From assembly GCA_035462025.1 (NCBI GenBank), contig DATHUR010000130.1:1575-65574 (forward strand): 64,000 nt of DNA, in the 5' to 3' direction. Position 1 is the stretch's first letter. Each line of letters starts with the position of its first letter. The position numbers and the translations under genes are program-made. Source of the stretch: Egicoccus sp. Lineage in GTDB: Bacteria > Actinomycetota > Nitriliruptoria > Nitriliruptorales > Nitriliruptoraceae. Positions 1-7,452 of this stretch are shown piece after piece. The notes beneath the pieces were generated by a model. The model was given only the letters and a program-made list of their open reading frames with translations. It ran no database searches and was not told where the DNA came from.

Positions 1-646
1 CGAGCTCGGCCCGATCCGCGACGTGACCAAGGGCGAGGAGTTCCTCCAGGTCGTCGACGCCGACACGCTCGAGGTCCTGAAGCGCTGGGACATCGGCGCC
101 AAGCTCGACGAGTTCGGCGCGCCCGACATGAGCGGTGCCGTCCGCCCCATGGCCTTGGCCCCCGACGAGCGGACGCTGTTCTTCCAGGTGTCGTTCCACC
201 ATGGCTTCGTCGAGTTCGACCTCGAGACCGAGCAGGTCACCCGCGTCGCACATCTGCCGCTGAGCCAGGCCGCGGCCGACACCCCGCGCGAGGACTACCT
301 GCTCGACTCGGCCCACCACGGGCTGGCGATCGACCCGACCGGCCAGAAGCTGTGCGCGGCCGGCACGATGTCGGACTACGCCGCGATCGTCGACCGCGAG
401 ACGTTCGTGCCGCGACTGGCCTCCTCCGGCAGCAAGCCCTACTGGGCCACCACCGGCCCGACCGGCGAGCACTGCTGGGTGTCCTACAGCGGCGACGACC
501 AGGTGGCGGTCATCGACTACGCCACCGAGCGCGAGATCGCCCGCATCGACGTCGGCGACCATCCCCAGCGCGTCCGCGCCGGCGTCGTGTCCCGCCGGGT
601 CCTCGCCAGCTGGGGCATCATCGAACTGGCGAACCGCAGCCGCTGA
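1..646 (+). CDS. beta-propeller repeat protein (YVTN/YncE-like), 5' end outside window
   Basis: Frame is open from base 2 with no upstream stop. ORF-track 23..646. Recurring blade-like segments (RPMALAPDERTLFFQV, HGLAIDPTGQKLCAAG, PYWATTGPTGEHCWVSY, QVAVIDYATEREIARIDVG). Confidence 0.55.
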   Translation, partial: ELGPIRDVTKGEEFLQVVDADTLEVLKRWDIGAKLDEFGAPDMSGAVRPMALAPDERTLFFQVSFHHGFVEFDLETEQVTRVAHLPLSQAAADTPREDYLLDSAHHGLAIDPTGQKLCAAGTMSDYAAIVDRETFVPRLASSGSKPYWATTGPTGEHCWVSYSGDDQVAVIDYATEREIARIDVGDHPQRVRAGVVSRRVLASWGIIELANRSR

Positions 647-704
647 CCCTGGCGCCAGCGTGTGACTAGCGTGACGGTCGCGTCGGCGACAGGACGTTCG
701 AGCG

Positions 705-1499
705 GTGAAGATCCTGTCGCTCAACGCCTGGGGCGGGGCCATCTTCGACGCGCTACGCGCATGGTTGCCGACCTGCGGGGCCGATGTCGTGTGCCTACAG
801 GAGGTCACGCGGACCGAGGGGTTGAGCGGGTGGACCGAGTTCACAGACGGCCATAGGAGGTTGCCCCAGCGCGCCGACCTCTTCCGAGACATGGTCGACG
901 TCCTGCCTGACCACGTCGGCCGGTTCGTCCTGTCGGATTCGGGCCCGGTGACCGGAAGTGACGGTCGGCGCCGGCAGCAGGACTTCGGCATCGCCACGTT
1001 CGTCCATCGGGGCATCGCGGTGCCGGACGGCGCGACGACGTTCGTGCACGGTGCATTGGTTCGACACGCCGAGTGGCCATCGGAAGGGCGACCGCGCGTG
1101 GCCGAGGCGCTCCGGCTGGTGCCCAGCGGGGCGGCCGCGGTCACTGTCGTTCAGGTCCATGGGCTGCACGACCCGGCGGGCAAGTCGGACACGCCGGCGC
1201 GTCTGGCCCAGGCAGAGCGCATCTCCGAACTCGTGACGCGAGTCCGAGCGCCGGGCGACCTCGCCGTGGTCTGTGGCGACCTCAACGTCCTACCTGACAG
1301 TCGGACCTTCGACGTTCTCGCCCAGGTGGGGATGACCGACCTCGTGCGGTACGCCGACACGCGCACGTCGCAGTATTCGAAGCCGGTCCGTCACGCCAGC
1401 TACCTGCTCGTGTCCGATCCCGCCCGTGTGCGACGGTTCGAGATCGTCGAGGCGCCGGAGGTGTCGGACCACCGGGCGCTGCTGGTCGATCTGTACTGA
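705..1499 (+). CDS. endonuclease/exonuclease/phosphatase (EEP) family protein
   Basis: GTG start. MKILSLNAWGG, VVCLQEV, VVCGDLNV and C-terminal SDHRALLVDL match the conserved EEP/DNase I-like motifs. Confidence 0.8.
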   Translation: MKILSLNAWGGAIFDALRAWLPTCGADVVCLQEVTRTEGLSGWTEFTDGHRRLPQRADLFRDMVDVLPDHVGRFVLSDSGPVTGSDGRRRQQDFGIATFVHRGIAVPDGATTFVHGALVRHAEWPSEGRPRVAEALRLVPSGAAAVTVVQVHGLHDPAGKSDTPARLAQAERISELVTRVRAPGDLAVVCGDLNVLPDSRTFDVLAQVGMTDLVRYADTRTSQYSKPVRHASYLLVSDPARVRRFEIVEAPEVSDHRALLVDLY

Positions 1500-1549
1500 A
1501 CGCGTGGAGCCGTTCGACCACACGATGGTCCAACGACTCCACACACGCC

Positions 1550-1606
1550 TCATTCGTCGAGCGTGTCCTCGGTGAGCCGGCCGGTGAACGTCGTGTCCGA
1601 CCCGTC
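1550..1606 (-). pseudogene. relic of a uracil-DNA glycosylase 3' end (last ~18 codons only)
   Basis: Minus-strand translation ...[19 protein letters not shown] parallels [13 protein letters not shown] of the intact UDG at 2427..3128. 34/37 nt identity between 1555..1591 and 2474..2510. Confidence 0.45.
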
Positions 1607-1702
1607 CAGCGTGCGGCGGTTCGAGGTTCGGTGCGTTCCTCCTGGCGCGGGAATACGCGGCGGTGCGGTGCGGGTTGCCTCGGCTGCACGGAGGTTCGGC
1701 TG

Positions 1703-2359
1703 ATGCCGCACGAATCGAACGATGCAACCGATGCTGGCGCTGAGGGCCGGACCCCGGCCGAGCGCTCGCGCCGCCGACAACGACGTGCGCTGCTGTTCGG
1801 CGTGGTCGGGGTTGCGGTGACTGCATTCGCGCTGTGGTGGTTCCAGCCACAGACGCTGCTGTTCGACGACGTCGTCGACGAGGCCTTCCCGAGTGCTGAT
1901 CGTGAGCCGGGCGGCGAAGCGACCCGCGACGGCGAGGTCGACGTCGACGCGCCGCCGGCCGCAGCGACGGCCAGTCCCGACACCGACGATGCGCCCGACG
2001 TCGCCCTCGCCGGTCCCGTGGAGCTCGCCGTCGGGTCGTTCGTGTCGCGTAGCCGGTACACCGTCACGGGCACCGCGACCGCCTACCTGCTCGAGGAGGG
2101 GGAGCGCATCCTGCGGCTCGAGGACTTCGAGTCGACCAACGGCCCCGACCTCTTCGTCTACCTGACCGTGGCCGGCGCCGACGACGACGACGCCGAGTTC
2201 GAGACCGACTTCGTCGACCTCGGCAGGTTGACCGGCAACGTCGGCGCCCAGAACTACGCCATTCCCCCCGATGTCGACCTCGAACGCTTCGACAGCGTGG
2301 TGATCTGGTGTCGCCGGTTCACCACCAGTTTCGGCGTCGCCGACCTGACCGTCGGCTGA
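1703..2359 (+). CDS. DM13 domain protein with N-terminal membrane anchor
   Basis: ATG at Met25 of ORF 1631..2359. Basic N-terminus plus TM helix LLFGVVGVAVTAFALWWF. C-terminal GPDLFVYL...NYAIP...VVIWCRRF..FG pattern is typical of DM13. Confidence 0.7.
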   Translation: MPHESNDATDAGAEGRTPAERSRRRQRRALLFGVVGVAVTAFALWWFQPQTLLFDDVVDEAFPSADREPGGEATRDGEVDVDAPPAAATASPDTDDAPDVALAGPVELAVGSFVSRSRYTVTGTATAYLLEEGERILRLEDFESTNGPDLFVYLTVAGADDDDAEFETDFVDLGRLTGNVGAQNYAIPPDVDLERFDSVVIWCRRFTTSFGVADLTVG

Positions 2360-2378
2360 GGAGGAGCAGCCTCGGTTC

Positions 2379-2399
2379 CGGTCGGCTGTGAGCCGGCCG
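2379..2399. terminator. hairpin between convergent DM13 and UDG genes
   Basis: cggtcggct-gtg-agccggccg: 9-bp stem (one G:U), 3-nt loop. No U-tract. Confidence 0.35.
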
Positions 2400-2426
2400 C
2401 GGGACCAGACGGTGAGTGACCAACGT

Positions 2427-3128
2427 CTAGTGCCCCGAATTCGACAGGATCGCCCCCGCTCGGGTGAACACCGCGTCGAGCATGTCCTCGGTGAGCCGGC
2501 CCGTGAAGGTGTTCTGCTGGCTGACGTGGTAGCTGCCGAGCAGGATGCGTCCGTCGGGCAGCGTCGCCTCGGCGCCGTGGCCGAACCTCGGCTTCGCGCC
2601 GTCCCAGCCGCGGTGGCCGAGCACCACGTTCCACCCGAAGCCGCCCAGCGCGACCACGACCCGCCACGGGAGCAGGTCGAACTCGGCGTCGAGGTAGGGG
2701 GCGCAGCGGTCGCGCTCGTCGGGCGTCGGCTTGTTGGCCGGGGGAGCGCACCGCACGGGCGCCGTGATCCACACGTCGTCCAGCGCCAGGCCGTCGTGGC
2801 GCGACACCGACGTGGGCTGGTTGGCGAAGCCCGTGCGGTACAGCGACGCGAACAGCCAGTCGCCCGATCGGTCACCGGTGAAGATGCGTCCGGTGCGGTT
2901 GGCGCCGTGGGCGGCCGGTGCCAGGCCGACCACCAGCACGCGGCCCCGCGGGTCGCCGAAGCCGGGCACAGGCCGGCCCCAGTAGTCCCAGTCCGCGAAC
3001 GCGCGTCGCTTGTCGCGTGCGACCTGTTCACGCCAGGCGACCAGCCGCGGGCAGGCGCGGCAGTCCACCACCGCACGCTCGAGCGTGGGCAGGTCCGGGT
3101 AGTCGCCGAGGGCGGGCAGCCGGGTCAT
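2427..3128 (-). CDS. udgB: uracil-DNA glycosylase, family 5 (UdgB-like, Fe-S)
   Basis: [21 protein letters not shown] (GLAPxxHG motif), CRACPRL cysteine pair, C-terminal [11 protein letters not shown]. Confidence 0.8.
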   Translation of the reverse strand: MTRLPALGDYPDLPTLERAVVDCRACPRLVAWREQVARDKRRAFADWDYWGRPVPGFGDPRGRVLVVGLAPAAHGANRTGRIFTGDRSGDWLFASLYRTGFANQPTSVSRHDGLALDDVWITAPVRCAPPANKPTPDERDRCAPYLDAEFDLLPWRVVVALGGFGWNVVLGHRGWDGAKPRFGHGAEATLPDGRILLGSYHVSQQNTFTGRLTEDMLDAVFTRAGAILSNSGH

Positions 3129-3250
3129 GGCCCGGCAGGCTATGCGCCGCCGCCCCGACCTGACCGGCCGGCGTCGCCCCAGCGGTCACACTGGCGTGCT
3201 CCACTGCGACGTGGCCGGTGGAGCCGGCCGATCCGGCAAGGGGGGCGTGG

Positions 3251-4270
3251 ATGACGCAGCACGAGGTTCTGGCCGAGGCAGGACACTACAAACGGCAACT
3301 GCTCAACCGGATGTTCGGTGGGGCAGCCGACGCCCCGGCGGCACGTCTGGCCGCTGGCGCCGGCCTCGGCCTGCCCCGCGGCGGCAACATCGTCGGGGTC
3401 GGCTACGGCGCCAAGCTGGTCGGCAGCCGGATCGCCGACGACCTGGCCGTGCGCGTGTACGTGCGCGCGAAGCGGCCCCGCGCACGAATTCCGGCGACCG
3501 AACGGATCCCCGAGGTGGTCGACGGCCGGCCCACCGACGTGGTTGCCGTCGGGGACCTGCGGGCTCTGCGGGCCTCGCGGCTGCCCGTGGACTGCGGGGT
3601 GAGCGTCGGCCACGTCGACATCACGGCGGGGACGATCGGGTGCGTTGTCGAGGTGGCCGACGCTCCGGACCAGCGGCTGATCCTGTCCAACAACCACGTG
3701 CTGGCCGCCAGCAACGCCGCGGACAACGGCGATGCCATCCTGCAACCCGGCCCGCTCGACGGCGGAGATGTCGACGACCCGATCGGCGTGCTGCACCGGT
3801 TCGTCCCCATCGGATTCGACGACACGCCGAACCGCGTGGATGCGGCCGTCGCCCGGCTGCACGATCCGGGCAGTGTGCGGCCAGACATCGCGCACATCGG
3901 GCCACCGGTCCTGCCGCCGGTCGACGCTGCGCTGTACCAGTCCGTACGCAAGCACGGCCGGACGACCGAACACACCGTCGGCGTGGTCGTCGACGTCGCG
4001 GCCGACATCGAGGTGCGGTTCGGCATCCGCACTGCTGTCTTCGTCGACCAACTCGGCGTGGTCGGGGTCGGCGGCGACGCGTTCAGCGACGGCGGGGACT
4101 CGGGGTCGCTGATCGTGGATGCCGTCGAGCGCAACCCGGTGGCACTGCTGTTCGCCGGTGGGGGCGGTACGACCTTCGGCAACCCGATCGAGGCGGTGCT
4201 CCGCGCCCTCGATGCCACCATCGTCGGGGACGGACCCGGTGCCCTCGGGGCCGACACGCCCGCCACGTAG
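3251..4270 (+). CDS. chymotrypsin-fold (S1-like) serine protease with N-terminal accessory domain
   Basis: ATG 3251 preceded by aagggggg RBS (track ORF starts at GTG 3218). Triad-like motifs SNNHVLA (His), RVDAAVARL (Asp), GGDSGSLIV (Ser). No obvious signal peptide. Confidence 0.75.
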   Translation: MTQHEVLAEAGHYKRQLLNRMFGGAADAPAARLAAGAGLGLPRGGNIVGVGYGAKLVGSRIADDLAVRVYVRAKRPRARIPATERIPEVVDGRPTDVVAVGDLRALRASRLPVDCGVSVGHVDITAGTIGCVVEVADAPDQRLILSNNHVLAASNAADNGDAILQPGPLDGGDVDDPIGVLHRFVPIGFDDTPNRVDAAVARLHDPGSVRPDIAHIGPPVLPPVDAALYQSVRKHGRTTEHTVGVVVDVAADIEVRFGIRTAVFVDQLGVVGVGGDAFSDGGDSGSLIVDAVERNPVALLFAGGGGTTFGNPIEAVLRALDATIVGDGPGALGADTPAT

Positions 4271-4294
4271 TCTGGTGGCGTCGGCGAACAACGA

Positions 4295-4543
4295 GTGAGC
4301 ATGCCAGCGGCCACCCCCGGGCCCGACCGCCCGGCCCCCGGCGACGCGGCCCGTCTGCGCGCCGCCAAGGAGCACGCCCGAGCCATCTTGGGCGACTGGG
4401 CCGGCGTCCGGGGGCTCGGGATCGGCGATGGCTGTGTGCGCGTCTATGTCAGCGACGCCGCCGTCGCCCGCGACCTTCCCGACGAGGTCGACGGGGTTCG
4501 GCTCGAGTCCGTCGAGGTGGGAGACGTGACCGCCCATGACTGA
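4295..4543 (+). CDS. small protein paralogous to the N-terminal domain of the upstream protease
   Basis: 82 codons with G/C at most third positions. Shares VRVYV, [IL]P[ED]xVDG and VxVGD[LV] in the same order as protease residues ~45-103. Its stop overlaps the selD start by 8 nt. Confidence 0.65.
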   Translation: MSMPAATPGPDRPAPGDAARLRAAKEHARAILGDWAGVRGLGIGDGCVRVYVSDAAVARDLPDEVDGVRLESVEVGDVTAHD

Positions 4544-5609
4544 CCCGCCGATCCGGCTGACCGCCTACTCACACGGCGCCGGGTGCGCCTGCAAGCTGTC
4601 GCCGACCGAACTCGGCCAAGTGATGCAGGGCCTCACGCCCGCGACCGCCCCCGACCTCGTGATCGGGCGGGCCAACGGCGACGACGCGCTGGTGTGGCGC
4701 CGCCCCGACGGCCGCGCGCTGGTCGCGACGATCGACGTGTTCACCCCGATCGTCGACGACGCGGCGACCTGGGGCCGCATCGCCGCCGTCAACGCCGGCA
4801 GCGACGTGTTCGCCATGGGCGGCCGGCCCCTGTTCGCGCTCGCGTTCGCGGCCTGGCCGCGCGAGCAACTGCCGCTGGCGCTGCTCGCCGAGGTGCTCGA
4901 GGCCGGGCAGGACGCGGCCCGCGAGGGCGGCTGGGTGGTCGCCGGCGGCCACACGATCGACGGTGCCGAACCGCTGTACGGGCAGGCCGTGGTCGGCGAG
5001 GTCGACCTCGATCGCATGCTGGTCAACGCCGCCGCGCGTCCCGGCGACGCCCTGGTGCTCACCAAGCCGCTCGGCACCGGGCTGGTGACGACCGCGGTCA
5101 AGCGACGCGACCCGGCCGCCCATCGGCCCGGCGGCGACCTCGCCCCGCTCTACGAGGCGGCGCTGGCCGAGATGCTGCGCTCCAACGGCCCCGCCGCCAC
5201 CGCGGCCATCGATCGTGGCGCGAGGGCCGGGACGGATGTCACCGGCTTCGGCCTGCTCAACCACCTGCGCGAGGTCCTGCTCGCCAGCGGGGTGGCCGCG
5301 ACCGTCGACGTCGACGCGGTCCCGCGCCTACCCGGGGTGGACGACCTGCTCGCCCGCGGCGAGGTGCCGGGCGGCACGCAACGCAACCTCGCCCATGCCC
5401 GGCCCCACCTCGACGTCGGATCGGGGGTCGGCGAGGACGACCTGGTGCTGATCGCCGACGCCCAGACCTCGGGCGGACTGCTGCTCGCCCTGCCGTCGGC
5501 CGAGGCGGACGATCTCGTCGTGGACCTCGCCGGCTCGGGGCACACCGCGGCCGTTGTCGGCGTCGTCACCAGCGGCGAACCCGGCCGGGTGACGCTGCTG
5601 CCGGGGTAG
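4536..5609 (+). CDS. selD: selenide, water dikinase (selenophosphate synthetase), Cys-type
   Basis: N-terminal SHGAGCACKLSP (Cys/Lys active-site loop). PurM-like fold motifs (GDDALVW, DVFAMGG) and length ~357 aa. Confidence 0.88.
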   Translation: MTDPPIRLTAYSHGAGCACKLSPTELGQVMQGLTPATAPDLVIGRANGDDALVWRRPDGRALVATIDVFTPIVDDAATWGRIAAVNAGSDVFAMGGRPLFALAFAAWPREQLPLALLAEVLEAGQDAAREGGWVVAGGHTIDGAEPLYGQAVVGEVDLDRMLVNAAARPGDALVLTKPLGTGLVTTAVKRRDPAAHRPGGDLAPLYEAALAEMLRSNGPAATAAIDRGARAGTDVTGFGLLNHLREVLLASGVAATVDVDAVPRLPGVDDLLARGEVPGGTQRNLAHARPHLDVGSGVGEDDLVLIADAQTSGGLLLALPSAEADDLVVDLAGSGHTAAVVGVVTSGEPGRVTLLPG

Positions 5610-5627
5610 CAGCGGGTGCAGAAGGGC

Positions 5628-5660
5628 GGACGGTGGTGCCGGCGACCGGCACCACCGTCC
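5628..5660. terminator. bidirectional stem-loop between convergent selD and S8 peptidase genes
   Basis: Perfect inverted repeat ggacggtggtgccgg-cga-ccggcaccaccgtcc (15-bp stem, 3-nt loop). Confidence 0.7.
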
Positions 5661-5666
5661 CGTGCC

Positions 5667-7244
5667 TCACGGCCGCGTCAACTCGAACGTGTAGCTGCCC
5701 GAGCCCTGGTAGGAGACGACCTCCCACAGGTAGTAGCCCGCGCCACCGCCGTAGGTGATCGACTCGTCGGATTCGGCCGAGGTGCTCGACGCTACGCGCT
5801 GCCAGTACCCCCACGAACTGTTCCAGCGGTAGAGGTAGAGGTCGAAGTCGGCGTTCGACGGACCACGCAGACAGCCCTGGTGGGTGCCCGATCCGGCGTA
5901 GTAGTAGGTGCCGTTCGGCTGGGTCTGGGCGTCACCGGTGCCCGAGAGGGAACCGCCGTACGACTCGGCCAGGCCGCACCCGGGCGTCGGGTCCGGATCC
6001 GGGTCGGGGTCGGGGTCCGGGCTGCCGTCCATGCGCGCGTACAGCAGCCGGTTCGGCGAGCCCTTGACGTTGCTGAGGGTTCCGGTCGTCGTCTTGTCGA
6101 TCAGCGCGTCACCGACCGCGGCCGGTGTCGCGGTCGGGTTCAGGCCGAGGTGGATGGCCGCGGCCCCGGCCACGTGCGGGGAAGCCATGGACGTGCCGCT
6201 GATCGTGTTGGTCGCGCTGTCGCCGGTGTGCCAGGCGGCGGTGATGCTCGAACCGGGCGCGAACAGATCCACGCACGAGCCCCAGTTGGAGAAACTCGAA
6301 CGCGCGTCGCTCGAGGTCGACGACCCGACGGTCAGCGCCGAAGCCGTGCGCGCCGGCGACGAACCACAGGCGTCGGCGTCCTCGTTGCCGGCTGCGACCG
6401 CGTACGTCACCCCGGCGGCCACCGAGTTGGCCACCGCGTTGTCGAGCGAGGTCGAGGCGCCCCCGCCGAGGCTCATGTTCGCGACGGCGGGCTTGGTGTG
6501 GTTCTGCGTGACCCAGTCGACGCCGGCGATCACGCCGGAGGTCGTGCCGCTGCCCTGGCAGTCGAGCACCCGGACCGCGACGAGTGTCGCGGCCTTGGCG
6601 ACACCGTAGGTCGACCCGCCGACCGTGCCGGCGACGTGCGTGCCGTGGCCGTTGCAGTCGGTGGACCCGCGGCCGTCGTTGATGGCGGTGTAGCCGTGGA
6701 CCGCCCGGCCGCCGAACTCGGCATGGGTGCGGCGGATCCCGGTGTCGATCACGTAGGCGGTGACGCCCGCCCCCGCGCCGTCATGGGTGTAGGCGTTGTC
6801 CAGTGGCAGGCTGCGCTGGTCGATGCGGTCGAGCCCCCAGGTGGCCGGGGACTGCGTGGCCACCTGGTCGACCGTCAGGTCGGCCTCGATGTACTCGACG
6901 TGCGGACGCCGCTGCAGGCGCTCCACCTCGCTCTCGCTCATGGTGGCGGCGAAGCCCCGGATCGCCGTCCGGTACTCGTGGTGGACCCGGGCGCCGCGTC
7001 GTTCGGACTCGCGGCGCTCGCGGGCCACCTCGTTGCCCGGCGCGTCCTTGTCGAACACGACGATGTAGCGACCCTCGATGGCGTCGGCGTTCTCGCGGCT
7101 CATCACCGGCGCCGGCTCGTCGGCGGACCTGCCGGCGTGATCGGGTCGCTGGCCCGGATCGTCCGGCTGGTCCGCGGCCGGCGCCGCGGCGAGCAGCAGC
7201 GCGACCACCCCCACGGCGGCGGACAGTTGTCTGCGGATCTGCAA
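5667..7244 (-). CDS. secreted S8 (subtilisin/proteinase K-like) peptidase with I9 propeptide and C-terminal PPC-type domain
   Basis: TTG at 7244 preceded by aaggggga RBS, then signal-like LSAAVGVVALLLAAAPA. Catalytic motifs AYVIDTG, HGTHVAG, GTSMASPHVAG. (DP)5 linker, then a Cys-containing beta-rich tail. Confidence 0.88.
   Translation of the reverse strand: MQIRRQLSAAVGVVALLLAAAPAADQPDDPGQRPDHAGRSADEPAPVMSRENADAIEGRYIVVFDKDAPGNEVARERRESERRGARVHHEYRTAIRGFAATMSESEVERLQRRPHVEYIEADLTVDQVATQSPATWGLDRIDQRSLPLDNAYTHDGAGAGVTAYVIDTGIRRTHAEFGGRAVHGYTAINDGRGSTDCNGHGTHVAGTVGGSTYGVAKAATLVAVRVLDCQGSGTTSGVIAGVDWVTQNHTKPAVANMSLGGGASTSLDNAVANSVAAGVTYAVAAGNEDADACGSSPARTASALTVGSSTSSDARSSFSNWGSCVDLFAPGSSITAAWHTGDSATNTISGTSMASPHVAGAAAIHLGLNPTATPAAVGDALIDKTTTGTLSNVKGSPNRLLYARMDGSPDPDPDPDPDPTPGCGLAESYGGSLSGTGDAQTQPNGTYYYAGSGTHQGCLRGPSNADFDLYLYRWNSSWGYWQRVASSTSAESDESITYGGGAGYYLWEVVSYQGSGSYTFELTRP
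5988..6020. repeat. hexanucleotide GGRTCS x5 encoding the (Asp-Pro)5 linker of the S8 peptidase
   Basis: gggtcc ggatcc gggtcg gggtcg gggtcc ggg read directly. Minus-strand translation is SPDPDPDPDPDPTPG. Confidence 0.8.
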
Positions 7245-7452
7245 GGTCTTCCCCCTTGACGGGCACCGCCACGGTGACGATGCCGGTTGCCCGCGCGGGG
7301 TCCTCTCCCGGGTTCCCCGCTGAACCTGCCACAAGAACGTGGCCGTCCGGGCACTGGAACCATGACACGATGGAGCTAGTCACATCGCCGCGGAGCGCAG
7401 ATCGCACGCCGGCGGTCCCGGCAGGCGGGGGCCGGGCAGGCGGGCCGGGTCG

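Noticed and set aside
1550-3076. A 508-aa minus-strand ORF spanning the DM13 gene and most of the UDG gene.
   Set aside because: Only its last ~18 codons resemble anything (the UDG C-terminal relic, reported separately). The rest is Arg/Pro/Thr-rich and overlaps two well-supported genes.
4536-5609. Selenocysteine recoding: a Sec-type SelD, or in-frame-TGA selenoprotein genes elsewhere in the window.
   Set aside because: SelD has Cys at the active-site loop (GAGCACK). I found no pair of adjacent same-frame ORFs with matching family signatures separated by a single TGA, and no SECIS-like hairpin directly after an internal TGA.
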